IMG/VR virus record: IMGVR_UViG_3300045973_000529 | Span: 96,001-160,000 of that record | Strand: one strand, 5' to 3' | DNA length: 64,000 nt | From: a virus | Shown here: one piece after another, positions 17,524 through 28,800 of the stretch | Numbering within the stretch: the stretch's first letter is position 1 | Layout: each line of letters starts with the position of its first letter | Position numbers and translations under genes: made by a program | The notes under the pieces: model-generated | What the model was told of the DNA's origin: nothing | Seen by the model: the letters and a program-made list of their open reading frames with translations, nothing else | The model's database searches: none

Positions 17524-18246
17524 ATGAAACTTACACCCTCAGACATCTTGAAGATCCGTGGTGCGTTGATCGCAGCACGAACCGCTGGCATCAACTCGGT
17601 CGTGATCACGAACGGGTACGTGGCTGGCGTCCATGAGAAGCACATCGCTGCGATCTTCAGTGCGTTGGCACTTGATCTCGACCCCGCCATCAGCATTGGC
17701 CTTGCAAAGCTCACTGACCTGGAGAAGCGACTTTCGCTCTTCGGTGAGATTGAAGTCGAGGGCGAGGTGAACGCGAACCAGAAGATGTGCAAGCTTGCGA
17801 TCCGCGGCAAGGGTGGCAAGATCGACTATCGCTGCAGCGATGAGCGACTGATCACGTACCCCAAGTCGAACAGCGACGAGCCAGGCATCGTGGTCACGAT
17901 CTCGAAGCCAGAGATTGCGCTCCTTTCGAAGGGGGCCAAGACCCTCAGTGCTGAGCACCTGACCTTGCAGGTCAAGCGTGACGGCACCGTGCACTTCGAG
18001 TGCCACGACACCAATCAAGACGAGTTCCAGACGGATCTCGAAGCTCAAGCTGAGTTCGTCGATGAGGTGTACCCCTATGTGAACCCGTTCGACGTGTCAT
18101 CGGGCGGAGTGTTCCTTGCACTCCTCGAGCACATGGTGAAGGACGCTGACACCGCGCAGCTGGTGGTGATGAAGACCGGCAACATCAGCCTACAAGTACA
18201 CGGACACGAAGTGTTCGCTGTCCCAAGAATCCAACATGGAGAATGA
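17524..18246 (+). CDS. 45: sliding clamp (gp45-like)
   Basis: ~240 aa, two-domain beta/alpha pattern, immediately after PolB. Confidence 0.6.
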   Translation: MKLTPSDILKIRGALIAARTAGINSVVITNGYVAGVHEKHIAAIFSALALDLDPAISIGLAKLTDLEKRLSLFGEIEVEGEVNANQKMCKLAIRGKGGKIDYRCSDERLITYPKSNSDEPGIVVTISKPEIALLSKGAKTLSAEHLTLQVKRDGTVHFECHDTNQDEFQTDLEAQAEFVDEVYPYVNPFDVSSGGVFLALLEHMVKDADTAQLVVMKTGNISLQVHGHEVFAVPRIQHGE

Positions 18247-18247
18247 C

Positions 18248-18610
18248 ATGGATGACATCGAAAAGAGTCGCGTGGACTACGTGACACGCCTGGAAACGCA
18301 GCTGCAACATGCGCAGTCAGAGCTGGCCAATTACCGTGCAATCGCTGAGAAGTGGCAGCCGGTGCTGCACTCGGAAATCAGCACCGCCGACAAGCAAGCT
18401 CGCTTCACGTTGTCCTTCGGTGGCAAGCGTTCAACGGCCACGGTGCCGTTCAACACGATGCTGCAGTCCGATGCATTGACCCTGGCCTCGGCCGTTGTTG
18501 ATGCGCTGGTGCAGAGCAACGTGCAAGACCGGCTCCGCGAACAAGTACTGCCTGAAGTGCAGCGACTGCTGCCGTCGATCAGTACCATCAACGGCGCGGG
18601 GCAGTGGTGA
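18248..18610 (+). CDS. hypothetical protein with N-terminal coiled coil
   Basis: GGAG RBS 6 nt before ATG 18248. Confidence 0.7.
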   Translation: MDDIEKSRVDYVTRLETQLQHAQSELANYRAIAEKWQPVLHSEISTADKQARFTLSFGGKRSTATVPFNTMLQSDALTLASAVVDALVQSNVQDRLREQVLPEVQRLLPSISTINGAGQW

Positions 18611-18963
18611 TGAAGTGGCTCAAGAAACTGTTCGGGACGCGTGAGCTGACCGATGCTGAGCAGCTCTTGAGCACTCGTGACGCGTTCATGGCTTCGCAAG
18701 AGGGGACTGAAACCCCATGGGCCATGTTCGAAGTCATGGGGTTCGAGGCGAACGGCCAGATCCGCGTTGAGTTCAACTGGAACGACGCATTCATCAAGCG
18801 TATCAACGAGCTCGGCTTCCAGGCTGAGACTGCTGAAGACGCCGTGCAGTTGTTCTTCTATGCCAGTCAGATGAAGCCAACTGAACTTTCGGGCGGTGAT
18901 GATGCGGTGCAAGCCGATCAGACCCCGCATCTGAGTGCCCCAGCAAACAGGATCGTCGTATGA
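18610..18963 (+). CDS. conserved hypothetical protein upstream of RNase H
   Basis: EFNWNDAFI..L...GF motif; TGATG coupling. Confidence 0.7.
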   Translation: MKWLKKLFGTRELTDAEQLLSTRDAFMASQEGTETPWAMFEVMGFEANGQIRVEFNWNDAFIKRINELGFQAETAEDAVQLFFYASQMKPTELSGGDDAVQADQTPHLSAPANRIVV

Positions 18964-19997
18964 AACGCCTCGTGATTGACACCTCAAATCTCTTCTGGCG
19001 TGCCGTCTCCGCTCAACAGCGGTACGGTCCAGCAGATGCAGGCGACTCAGCCGGTCTTGGGCTGCATATGTCACTGATGTCGATGCGCAAGCATTGGAAC
19101 CACATTCAGCCGGACAAGTTGGCCGTTGTGTTCGAAGGCAAGGACAACTGGCGCAAGAAGTACACCCGCTCCGAAGAGTGCTACTCCAAGCGGCTGTACA
19201 AGGGCAATCGCGTCGCTGACCCCGGCATGGCGGTGTTGTTCGACGTCATGAAGGCGTTCGAAGACCTCGTTCGTGAGCACACGAACATCGTGACGCTTCA
19301 GCACCCAGAGCTCGAGGGCGATGACTTGATCGGTGGGTACGCCCAGCACTTCAGCGCATTGGGTGACGATGTCACGATCCTGTCGGGCGACAAGGACTTC
19401 GTGCAACTCCTCGGTGGCGATGGTCGCATCAGGCTCGTGAATCCGGACGACGGCAAGGAGCGGACCCTGACTGGTGTCTGCGAAGTCGACGACCCTGGGT
19501 ACTTCATGTTCGAGAAGTGCATGCGCGGCGACTCAGGCGACAACGTGCTGCCTGCCTTCCCGCGAGTCCGGAAGACGAAGCTGTACAAGGCCTATGGAGT
19601 CAAGGACGGCAAGGTGGATCCGGCACTGGCTGACTCGTTCGAGATGAGCAACCTGCTGAACAGTCAGTGGGAGTTCATTGACCCTGAGTCTGGTGACAAG
19701 CGCATGATGTCAGTCGAGAAGATGTTCGAAGAGAACCATCTCCTCATGAACCTTGCAGGTCAGCCAGCACACGTTCGCGAGAAGATCACGCAAGTGATTG
19801 AGCACGAGAGCGAGCACCATGGGTCCTTCAACTTCTTCAAGTTCAACGCGTTCCTCGGCAAGTACGAACTGAAGCAGATCGCTGAGCGTGCCAGTGACTT
19901 CGTGCCAATGTTCAGTGGCAAGCTGCCACAGGGCGAGACTGCGGCGCAGTCCAAGGTCAAGCGTCTGGCGGACAAGCTGTCAGGGTTCAACTTCTGA
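18960..19997 (+). CDS. rnh: T4-type RNase H / 5'-3' flap exonuclease
   Basis: VIDTSNL, VFEG..NWRK, YKGNR, LEGDDLI, SGDKDFVQL, RGDSGDNV. Confidence 0.92.
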   Translation: MKRLVIDTSNLFWRAVSAQQRYGPADAGDSAGLGLHMSLMSMRKHWNHIQPDKLAVVFEGKDNWRKKYTRSEECYSKRLYKGNRVADPGMAVLFDVMKAFEDLVREHTNIVTLQHPELEGDDLIGGYAQHFSALGDDVTILSGDKDFVQLLGGDGRIRLVNPDDGKERTLTGVCEVDDPGYFMFEKCMRGDSGDNVLPAFPRVRKTKLYKAYGVKDGKVDPALADSFEMSNLLNSQWEFIDPESGDKRMMSVEKMFEENHLLMNLAGQPAHVREKITQVIEHESEHHGSFNFFKFNAFLGKYELKQIAERASDFVPMFSGKLPQGETAAQSKVKRLADKLSGFNF

Positions 19998-20015
19998 CGA
20001 TCAATCTCTCCTTGC

Positions 20016-20021
20016 TAAATA
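20016..20021 (+). promoter_or_regulatory. late promoter TAAATA
   Basis: CTAAATAG followed by an 88-nt leader. Confidence 0.7.
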
Positions 20022-20109
20022 GGTTGCGGCTTCGTCCGCAACAAAGGGTTCGGGAAGACGTGTTGTCCTACCGGTAAATCGTTCACGATCACCCGCAAGG
20101 AGAGAAAAC

Positions 20110-20535
20110 ATGGCACAGAACACAATCGAAAAGCGCGCGACCGATCTCAAGCACGTTTGGCTCATCGACTGGAACGATGACGGACTGCTGAAGGAAATCG
20201 CGGTTGTGATGGAAACGCAGGACGGTACGCTCTTCGGGATCGAAGTCGACAAGCTGCATCCGATCGACAAGGCGCGTCTGAAGAAGGTCATCACATCGGT
20301 CCACGCCGACAAGTACCCGCTCTGGGAACTGCTGTCACAAGGTCGTCTGAACAACGGCCTGAACGCACTGGACTTCTTCCACCAGAACTACGTCAAGGTC
20401 AAGCGTCCTCGTGGCGCCGTGATCGGCGGCGGTCTCGCCTCCGTTCAGTTGGATCTCGACGACGGTCGCCAAATCGGCTCGTCATTCAGCAACCCGCGTG
20501 GTGCTGTGACGGCAGGTGAAGCACCGAAGATGTAA
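20110..20535 (+). CDS. conserved jumbo-phage hypothetical protein
   Basis: AAGGAG RBS; late promoter; followed by terminator. Confidence 0.8.
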   Translation: MAQNTIEKRATDLKHVWLIDWNDDGLLKEIAVVMETQDGTLFGIEVDKLHPIDKARLKKVITSVHADKYPLWELLSQGRLNNGLNALDFFHQNYVKVKRPRGAVIGGGLASVQLDLDDGRQIGSSFSNPRGAVTAGEAPKM

Positions 20536-20558
20536 GATCAGAACGATCGACCATTGGC

Positions 20559-20582
20559 AAGGGTCGCTTCGGCGACCCTTTT
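20559..20582 (+). terminator. Rho-independent terminator
   Basis: AAGGGTCGC-TTCG-GCGACCCTT-TT. Confidence 0.85.
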
Positions 20583-20612
20583 CGGCCTCCGGGCCTCTGA
20601 CACAGAAAGGAC

Positions 20613-20641
20613 TTCCCGAGTAGTAGCACGCTCTGTATAAT
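20613..20641 (+). promoter_or_regulatory. sigma70-like promoter (TTCCCG-N17-TATAAT)
   Basis: Perfect TATAAT at 20636-20641; TCCCGAG element at the -35 position. Confidence 0.55.
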
Positions 20642-20711
20642 GCGCCTACCTCTGACCAATAGCCAGACGGAGCGGTTTACGCCCGCCAACTAACACTAAG
20701 GAGTATCCACA

Positions 20712-21350
20712 ATGTATAAGATCCATGCAACCCTCGCGGTTGTTCTAGCTCTTGTTTGCACCGCAGTTTTCAAGCTCGAAGTCTTGATGCCATCACCGAC
20801 GGCGAACGTCGTCATGGCCGAGAAGTCGACTACCGTCATGGGAGGCCAAGTCGCGGTGCTTGTCCCAAATGATCTGACCACATCTCAGCACCAGATCCTG
20901 AACAGGGCGTACGTGCAAGCGAAGGCCGATGGTCACCCGAATCCTGAGATCGTTCAGGGCGTTCTCCTTCAGGAGTCCAAGGCCGGTGGCATGGGTTCGT
21001 ACAAGGTTGCTGGGAACAAGGGTGACGAGTACTTCGGTCTCGGTCAGCTCAAGCTCGGCGCGACGCGCGAGGTCATGAGCACGTTCCCAGCACTCTGGAC
21101 GAAGTACGCGTTCCACACACGGACCGACGACGAGCTGAAGGCGAACTTGATTCTGAACCCGACCTTCAACATCGAGATCACCTCCAAGTACCTGCGGATC
21201 CTGCAGACCAAGTACGGGTTCAAGGGTCGTGAGCTGATGAATGCGTACAACCGCGGACCAGGTGGTGTAAAATTGGTCGGTGCCGATTACGGCTATGCAC
21301 TCAGTGCTGAGGCGAAGCTCGCCACCGCACGTCGTCAAGGAAAGCTATGA
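20712..21350 (+). CDS. lytic transglycosylase (SLT family) with N-terminal signal/anchor
   Basis: LLQES catalytic Glu, GLGQLK, NLILNP.FNI, AYNRGPG; N-terminal hydrophobic helix. Confidence 0.85.
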   Translation: MYKIHATLAVVLALVCTAVFKLEVLMPSPTANVVMAEKSTTVMGGQVAVLVPNDLTTSQHQILNRAYVQAKADGHPNPEIVQGVLLQESKAGGMGSYKVAGNKGDEYFGLGQLKLGATREVMSTFPALWTKYAFHTRTDDELKANLILNPTFNIEITSKYLRILQTKYGFKGRELMNAYNRGPGGVKLVGADYGYALSAEAKLATARRQGKL

Positions 21351-21748
21351 CCAAGTTCGTTCCGAAAAGCACTGAAGTCGAGGTTGTCACCAAGTGCCGG
21401 GCCTGTGATGGGACCGGACAGAGCAATGGCGAAACTTGCCAGATCTGCGACGGTGAAGGTGTCGTGCCGTACCTTGCACCTCGCTCGATCTTCGCCATGT
21501 CGCCTGAAGAGCGGAAGGCGATCATGGAGGCCAATCCTCCTGAGGTCACCTGCATTCACGGAGCCAATGCGTACTTCGACTGGTCGTGGATGGGCTGTGG
21601 GCACGGTCAGCTTTCGTTCTCGGTCGACAGCTTCGGTCACATCACCTGCATGGATGAGCACATGGGCCGTGACCGCGTTCGCACGCTGCTGCATGCACTG
21701 GCCGATCACATCGCTGACAACGCGGTGCTGGACGGCGACGAGGTGTAA
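21347..21748 (+). CDS. DnaJ-type zinc-finger protein
   Basis: CRACDGTG and CQICDGEG repeats. Confidence 0.7.
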   Translation: MTKFVPKSTEVEVVTKCRACDGTGQSNGETCQICDGEGVVPYLAPRSIFAMSPEERKAIMEANPPEVTCIHGANAYFDWSWMGCGHGQLSFSVDSFGHITCMDEHMGRDRVRTLLHALADHIADNAVLDGDEV

Positions 21749-21781
21749 CGGTTCTCCACGATCCCGAGATCGTGTTATGAT
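21743..21781 (+). promoter_or_regulatory. extended -10 promoter with inverted GTTACA box and GATCCCGAG
   Basis: GTGTAACGGTTCTC...GATCCCGAG..TGTTATGAT; shares GATCCCGAG and GTGTTATGATGC with 4291-4314. Confidence 0.65.
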
Positions 21782-21807
21782 GCAATCCTCGAATCAAGGA
21801 TAGCAAC

Positions 21808-22188
21808 ATGAGCTACGTTCAAGTCCCCCGCGAACTCTTCCTGGCCCGCCTCACCGAGTGCGGCTTCCAGGTGGACGAGACGCAGGAAGGCGGCGAGCTG
21901 GTCGTGACCCGCCAGCACCACAACGATGGAACGATGTTCGTGAAGATCTTCACCACGCTCCCGAAGGCTGGTGGTGATGTCCGCGCCAAGGGTGCTGACG
22001 CGATCCGCGTCGTGCTGATCTTCAAGAACGGCGATCGCTCTGGTTGCCTCATGAAGCTGCCCAAGGTTCTTCGCACCGGTTCTGCCGAGGCTGTGATCGA
22101 GCGCACGATCGAACGTGCTCGTGAAGCCTATGGCGAAGCCAATCGTCGCCACAATGAGCACGTTCTCGCTCGCCGCTCCAGGAGCTGA
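21808..22188 (+). CDS. conserved phage hypothetical protein
   Basis: IFTTL...G.DAIRVVL...KV.RT motif; AGGA RBS. Confidence 0.75.
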   Translation: MSYVQVPRELFLARLTECGFQVDETQEGGELVVTRQHHNDGTMFVKIFTTLPKAGGDVRAKGADAIRVVLIFKNGDRSGCLMKLPKVLRTGSAEAVIERTIERAREAYGEANRRHNEHVLARRSRS

Positions 22189-22191
22189 TTC

Positions 22192-22350
22192 ATGGATGCC
22201 TCCAACTTTCTCCTGATCCTCTTCGGGATCCTCGTGTTGTTGCTCATCGTGGCGCTCGTGATGTCGTTGTACTACAGCCACAAGTACCCATCCAAGCTGC
22301 CGCCGGCCTTTCCGAAGCAGACCAACGCCGACATCTACAAAGGACTGTGA
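22192..22350 (+). CDS. single-TM microprotein, 52 aa
   Basis: AGGAG RBS; MDASNFLLILFGILVLLLIVALVMSLYY... Confidence 0.6.
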   Translation: MDASNFLLILFGILVLLLIVALVMSLYYSHKYPSKLPPAFPKQTNADIYKGL

Positions 22351-22595
22351 TGCCAATCGTCAAACGTGTCCGCACCTCCACCTACGCTGTGGCCGTGATC
22401 TACGACCCGCTGCCGATGACCTTGCCCGCGAAACGCTTCGACGACTGCACGCACGAGGCTGTCGTTGCGGCCCTGGAGCGGGAATACGGCAACGATCTGA
22501 TCTGCGTCATGACGTACGATGTTCGTACGATCGATGTCGATGGTGAGCGGTTCCACTCTGACCCACAGAACAAGCGCAAGTGGAGCAAGGCATGA
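22350..22595 (+). CDS. hypothetical protein
   Basis: TGATG coupling. Confidence 0.6.
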   Translation: MPIVKRVRTSTYAVAVIYDPLPMTLPAKRFDDCTHEAVVAALEREYGNDLICVMTYDVRTIDVDGERFHSDPQNKRKWSKA

Positions 22596-22702
22596 ACGAC
22601 AAGTACTCGAAGACCTGGGCCTATCGTGGCCCGTCCAAGAAGCAGATCGAAGCGATGGAACGCGCAGCGTTTCTGAGGAAGCTTCGGAAGTCCAAGTACT
22701 GA
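22592..22702 (+). CDS. basic microprotein, 36 aa
   Basis: GGAG RBS, ATGA coupling; MNDKYSKTWAYRGPSKKQ... Confidence 0.55.
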   Translation: MNDKYSKTWAYRGPSKKQIEAMERAAFLRKLRKSKY

Positions 22703-22724
22703 GCACCTCCTCGGTGCACCAGAC

Positions 22725-22749
22725 AAAGGCCGGTTCATCCGGCCTTTTT
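22725..22749 (+). terminator. Rho-independent terminator
   Basis: AAAGGCCGG-TTCAT-CCGGCCTTT-TT. Confidence 0.85.
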
Positions 22750-22849
22750 CGTTTGAGGAGACATACACCGCACCTAGGGAACTCCACCGGCACCACCTAA
22801 TGGTCGCCACCGTTACAGGTTGGTGATTTCGAGCCATTCAGTCAAGGTC

Positions 22850-22855
22850 TAAATA
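22850..22855 (+). promoter_or_regulatory. late promoter TAAATA
   Basis: CTAAATAC, 23 nt before ATG 22879. Confidence 0.8.
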
Positions 22856-22878
22856 CGGAACTTCGATGTGAATGCGCA

Positions 22879-25800
22879 ATGGCCAAAGACTACCACCTCC
22901 CGTACCTCGATCTGACCAACCTCGTTCCGAGTCAACAGCGGAACCCGATGGTCAAGTCGCTGATCGACAATCTGTTCAACCGGTTCCTGACCCAAGACGA
23001 GTCGGTTCCGCTGTATGGGTATGTGGGAGTGAAGCCAGCGTCAGTTGACGACAGCACTCCTAAGATCATGCAATCAACGGTCGAGCGTGATGTGAACTCA
23101 CTGGTTCCAGTGTTGTCGTTCACCGCTGGACAGGAGACCTTCTCGTACACGCCTCAGGACTTGATCCGCAAGGCAGAGGTGCTTGGTGTTTCAGCTGATC
23201 AGTCGTCATGGCTGTACTCGCAAGGGAACAACTACTGCCCACCGATTGATTTTGACCGGTTCACGAACTTCTTCAACTACTACTGGGTGGCGAAGGCACT
23301 ACCAACGGTGCCGGTTCTGCCGTGGAATCCAACAGCGGCACCTGAGTACTACATCATGGCTCGCCCAGCGCCAGCCGATCTGGACAAGCTGAACGTGCAT
23401 GTGGCGACCACCACGACCGTCGTGCTCACTGGCTCTGGGTACTACGATCAAACTTGGACGGTGACCTTCCTCACCCCAACTACGTTCATGATCCAAGCGA
23501 ACGGCTCCACAATTGGCTTTGCTCCAGGTGAAGATCTGCAAGGACCGTTTATTCTTCCTGATCTGCCACCAGTCAGTGCCCCAGGTCCGTACCCAACGAT
23601 CATCGACACCTTCCAATTCTCCATCGCCTCTTCAGTTGAACCACTGTTGATCTTCAACGTCGTGCGTGATGCGATCTTGGACAACAGCGGTGGACCATAC
23701 GCTTACGAAGGTTTCGAAGCGGGTGATGCTTTCCTAATCGACGCCCCATTCCTGTCGAGCACGTACTCCGTGTCGTTCAGCGGCGGCCCTGGTCAAAAGG
23801 GCAAGATCTCGGGTGTGAACTCACTGGATACGTTCCAGACAATTGACGGTCGTGTGCTGCAGGTCAATGACCGAGTGCTTGTTCGCCACGGTTCCCCGAG
23901 TGACCAAGGCATCTACGCCGTTCAATCAGGTGCCTGGGTCCGCACAGCTGATTTCGACGACAGCACTGGAACTGCCCAGGCGGGTGCTCGTGTCTTTGTT
24001 GTCAACGGCAGCCAAGCTGATACGCTGTGGGTGTCCTTTGCTTCGGGCGGCGGGTTTGGTTGGACGTCAACCGTCAACACTGTGTCGAACACGAGCAACT
24101 GGCAAGAGGGCAACTACTGGGTGCACCGTGATGCGCTGACTGGAGTTGACCTGACCAAGATCGTTCAGGCGTCTCGCCCGATCATTGAGTTCTCGGCGAA
24201 CCTCAAGCTGAACACTCGCGTCGCAAGCACCGGTCTTCCGACTGATACGGGTGGCACACTGTACGAGCAGGTCAAGACTGAGTTCAACCAGGCGCCGCTG
24301 TTCGATCTGTACCGGTATGATGGCAGCCACGCGCACTGTGTGTCGCCGATCTTCTTCTATGTCGAAGACGCGACTGAAGCTATCGACACTGTGCTGCAAC
24401 GACGTGTCAAGCACAGCTCCAATCTGTCAGGGGACTTCCTCTTTGATCACGGTCTGCGCGACACTGCTGGTCAGTTGTTCTACAAGGACACCAGCGGAGC
24501 ATTGCACTCGATTTGGCACCCTGGATACTCATCGCCGTCAGTCATCGACACGGTGTACGAAGGTGTTGGCGCTGGTACCATTGTGCTCGGCGCTGGAGCC
24601 AATGCCTTCGCGTCGCAACAGATCTGGACGCTGGTTGCTGAGACACCAACCACCTTCAGCGTCTCTGGCTCGAAGAACAAGACCCTGCCTACCCCTTACG
24701 ATGTCTTGACGGTTGGCACTCCGTATTCAAACGGGCTGTTCAACGCGACCCTCTTTGCGGGTGCTATTCCATTCGTGGCAGGTGACACTTACCAGTTCAG
24801 CTTCGGGAACTTCGAGACGACTCGGTACGTGTACCGTGAGACGAACAACCAGCTGTACGATCTGTTCGGTGGTCCTGCACTCGATTCTGATGGCATTGGC
24901 GCATGGCAGACTCCACGGATGTTCTTCCACAACTTTGCAGCTGCCAGTGGTGGTGAACTTCCGGAGGGCACGCTGTACAGCCACTTCCGAGGAATCCTTG
25001 CCAATCAACTGCCTGGAGCAGTGCAAGACAATGCGTTCGGTGGTTCCATCAAGTTGTGGTCTGAGCAAGAGAACTTGCTCGCCGCGCTGCTGATGCAGCG
25101 TGATGTGACCCCAATCAGCATGATCGACATGGCTCAACAGCAGTACCAAGTCGCGTTGAACTCTGTCACTGACATCTACCTGTCGAACATCTTGAAGTAC
25201 TTCAGCGAAGTTGAAGTGCTGAACCGGCCGTCTGACACGGCCGAGCTGCTTGATTACATCTTGGCGATCCGGGTCCAAGACAATGAAGTACGTACCGTGC
25301 TGTACGACAGCACCTCACCGGTACCTGGCTTCCCGGCAACGCTGCCGCAACTCGGTGTGCTGCCACTGGTCTTGCCTGGAGCCGTGTTTGACGATGAGCT
25401 CGGTGCGACGCTCTTCCAACACCATGATGGTCATCTGAGCTCGTTCTTCGAGCAGACCCCTGCATTCCGTGACCAGTTCCTCGGAGCAAACACGACCATT
25501 GTTCGCTCTGATGGTCTCGTGACACCAGCAGTTGGCTCATACACGACCACCGCTCCAGCAATGCCGTACAAGGGTCTGTTGTGGCAGTACCCAGGTGTGG
25601 ACACCGAGTTCCGCGTCTTTGACGTGGTGTCTGACTCCTTCATTGCTCCTGCTGCCGCTGGCCTCGTGACTGGCGACTATTGGTACAACCGCGGTGTGAA
25701 CATCCTGTATCGCTGGGCTGGCGCATGGGTCGTTGAACCGAACATGCTGGCTCCTTGGGTCACTATCAACATCGCTGAGCTGCTGAATGATCTCATCGAA

Positions 25801-28800
25801 GCTGTTGAGACCCGCCTGTACTACGGCATCTCGTCTGCTCAGCGACAGTACTTCTCTGCCAGCGATGTCAAGACCGCTGTCAATGGACCATTGGGTACAC
25901 AGCTGCAGCGTGAGCTCGCGACCTGGGCGGCGCAGAATCAGTTTGACCCGTTGGCACCTGACTTCGTGAGCACTGACGCATTCACGTGGAACTACAGCTC
26001 TAGCACGCTCATGGCCGCGATGACGCCGCCGTTTCCAGCTCGCTGGTTTGACGTTCTACGCGCCCACCAGGCAACGTTCGGCGCGCTGGTGATTCCGACC
26101 GCTCGCCCAAATCTCGAGCCGTGGAAGCTGCTCGGGAACCCTACCAAGCCATCGACTTGGGATACGACGTGGAAGAATCCTGTCACTCCAAGCGACGTGG
26201 CTGCTGATGCTTCGTACGCAAACAGCTGGAACGTGACGGTGGTGAAGTACTCGGCAACAAACATCACCACCGCGTTGACTGGGCTTCCAACGATCGACGG
26301 CGTCGTTCTGTCAGCTGGACAGGCCGTGCTATTGGTCAGTGAAGGTGTCGCCGCCAACAATGGGGTTTGGGTCGTCTCCTCTGGTCCTTGGACTCGCAGC
26401 GCTGTGGTGCCAATGACACTGCACACGGTGGTCACCGTCGATCGTGGTACGCTCTTCAGTGGCACCTCATGGGCGCTGACAACGGTTACTCCACTGACGT
26501 TCACGCAAATTCGACTGTGGAAGTCGACGATGTGGACATCCATTGCTGCATCACGTCCAACTTTGAAGCTCTCTGTCGATGTGAATCGCGATGCTCTGCT
26601 GCCACCGTACGTGTCGGCTTCGCTCCCGTGGTCGTCGAACGCACTGACAACCACGATGCCGTCGAATCCGTCAGCAGCATACACCTTCGGCCAGAACTCA
26701 CCAGTTGAAACCGTCTGGAAGAAGACGGTCGACTATCGGTATGCCCTTGCGCGTGCTCTCTTCCGTTCAGCACCACTGTCGTTCCTTGGGAACTGCTGGG
26801 GCTTCGAGTGGCAAGAGGTCGATGGCATCCTGTACGACGGCTTCGACATGGCAATGCCAGGGCAACCGAACTTCAGGCTCCATGGTGACACCATCAGCGA
26901 CGTGACCAGAACCGCTCCTTTCACCGCTGGGCTCATCACCAGCACCGCTGCTTACACGCTGACCATCAAGCATGACGGGTACACTGCAGCTCGTCGTCAG
27001 GCGTTCTCTGTGTATGACCAGAACGGTGTGTTCGTGACGACACTGCTTGAGGGTGTTGCCACTTCGATGTCCAATGCTGGCTTCACCTTCACGAACGTGA
27101 AGATCGAAGACGAAGGCAAGCCATTCCGTGTCGGTGACACTTTCACCGTGACTGGCAGCGCAAACGGCACCGGTCTCTCTGCCGTGCTGACACAGGCGAA
27201 CTACCACCAGATCAATGGCTTTGGCCAGACGTTCACACAAGCTCTGCGTGCCTCGAGCATCGACACCAGCGCTGGGTACGCTATTCAGGCCTTCAGGAAC
27301 TTCAACGTCAATCTCGGTTACCGCGCTGGTGGCCTCGTGAACACTGATGATCTGCGTGTGTACTCTGAGAGCGTTGAGCTTCCAAGCTCGTCGTATCAGC
27401 TGCGCTTCAAGAAGTCACAGTACGCGAACGATCTTTGGCTACAAGCCCTCCGTATCACCGTGGTGCAGCCAGGGGCGGCTACCGTTCAGGGTGATCGGTA
27501 CTATCCGGCTGGTGATGCCAGTGACTGGGTGTTCCGCATTGAAGGGTACAACACCCGGTATCTCGGACTGCAGTACTACCCGCTCGGTGGCGAGTACAGC
27601 ACCTTCAATGCGCTGAGCAAGGCACACACTACTCTTGCGTGGAAGCACCACTCTGACAAGCTTGGCACCCCAATCAGCACACAACTACCGCTGATCGTTA
27701 CTGGGCTGCAGAACGTCGTGAACATTCTGTTTGGCTACGCACTGAAGCTTGAGGAAGACGGCTGGGTGTTCAACGATCCAGATGCCTCGAACATCGACGA
27801 AGCGACTGGTCGTGTCCGGAACTGGCAGCTCGAAATCGAGAAGCTGGTGGATGCAGTGTACACTGGTCTGACGTTTGGTCAGGGTCATGTCTGCAATCCG
27901 TTCATTGACAAGGTGTGGCTCCAACAGCCAACAGGACTGTTGGCATCGTTCAGTGACACATCGCTGTTTGATGTGCATGCGCACCCAGCAGTGTTCGACA
28001 CTCTTGGGGTGAAGCTCAAGACCGATGATCTGACGGTGCTGCGTCAGCGCGGTGTTTCGCGTATCAGCGCTTCAGTTCCAATGTTCAGTGTGCACGCACA
28101 GGTCGATGAGTACGAGCACTTGTTCGTGTTCAATGACCTCTCATCGCCAAGCACAGGTGAAGGCACGATCTACGATCCGTTCTCGGGTGCTCGAGTTGTG
28201 ATGCTGAAGTTGAACGGTCGTCGTCAAGGACCTGGTACCATGCGGCCTGAGTTTGGTGGTCACTACATGTCAGGTGATGAAGTTCGTAAGAACTTCCAAG
28301 CTGCAACTCAGACGATTTCGAAGTACTATGACGCGGATGCAGTGTTCGAAGATGAGCTCAGCACCCGTCACGCGTTGGCGCTGCTCGGCTTCTCACCCAA
28401 GCAGTACATGACTGATCTCGATCTGAACAACAACACGCAGTTCAACTTCTGGCGTGGTCTGATCCAGATGAAGGGAACGAACGCCTCGATCGGTGCGTTC
28501 CTGAACAACGACCGCTTCGAAGACGCAAAGATCGACGAGTACTGGGCGTACAAGGTCGCTGAGTACGGTGACTCGCGCTCAAAGATCTTCCCTGAACTGA
28601 AGCTCACGGTTGATGACACCCTGCAGCAGTTCACGAAGTTCTTGTTTGACGACGCACCTGCCGCTGACTTCACTTCTTTCGTGCTGATCAAGTCAAGTGA
28701 CGAGACACGTTGGTTCACGCTTGACGACCTGTCTGACACCCCTGTGACCTTCGAGGCACAGGTTGTTGGCACGTACAGCGCGGATGTTAGCCCAGCGACC

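Noticed and set aside
22752-22830. Orphan GAGGAG RBS (AGACATACACC, similar to the 505-517 leader) as a gene remnant
   Set aside because: No start codon or recognisable reading frame follows; evidence too weak for a pseudogene
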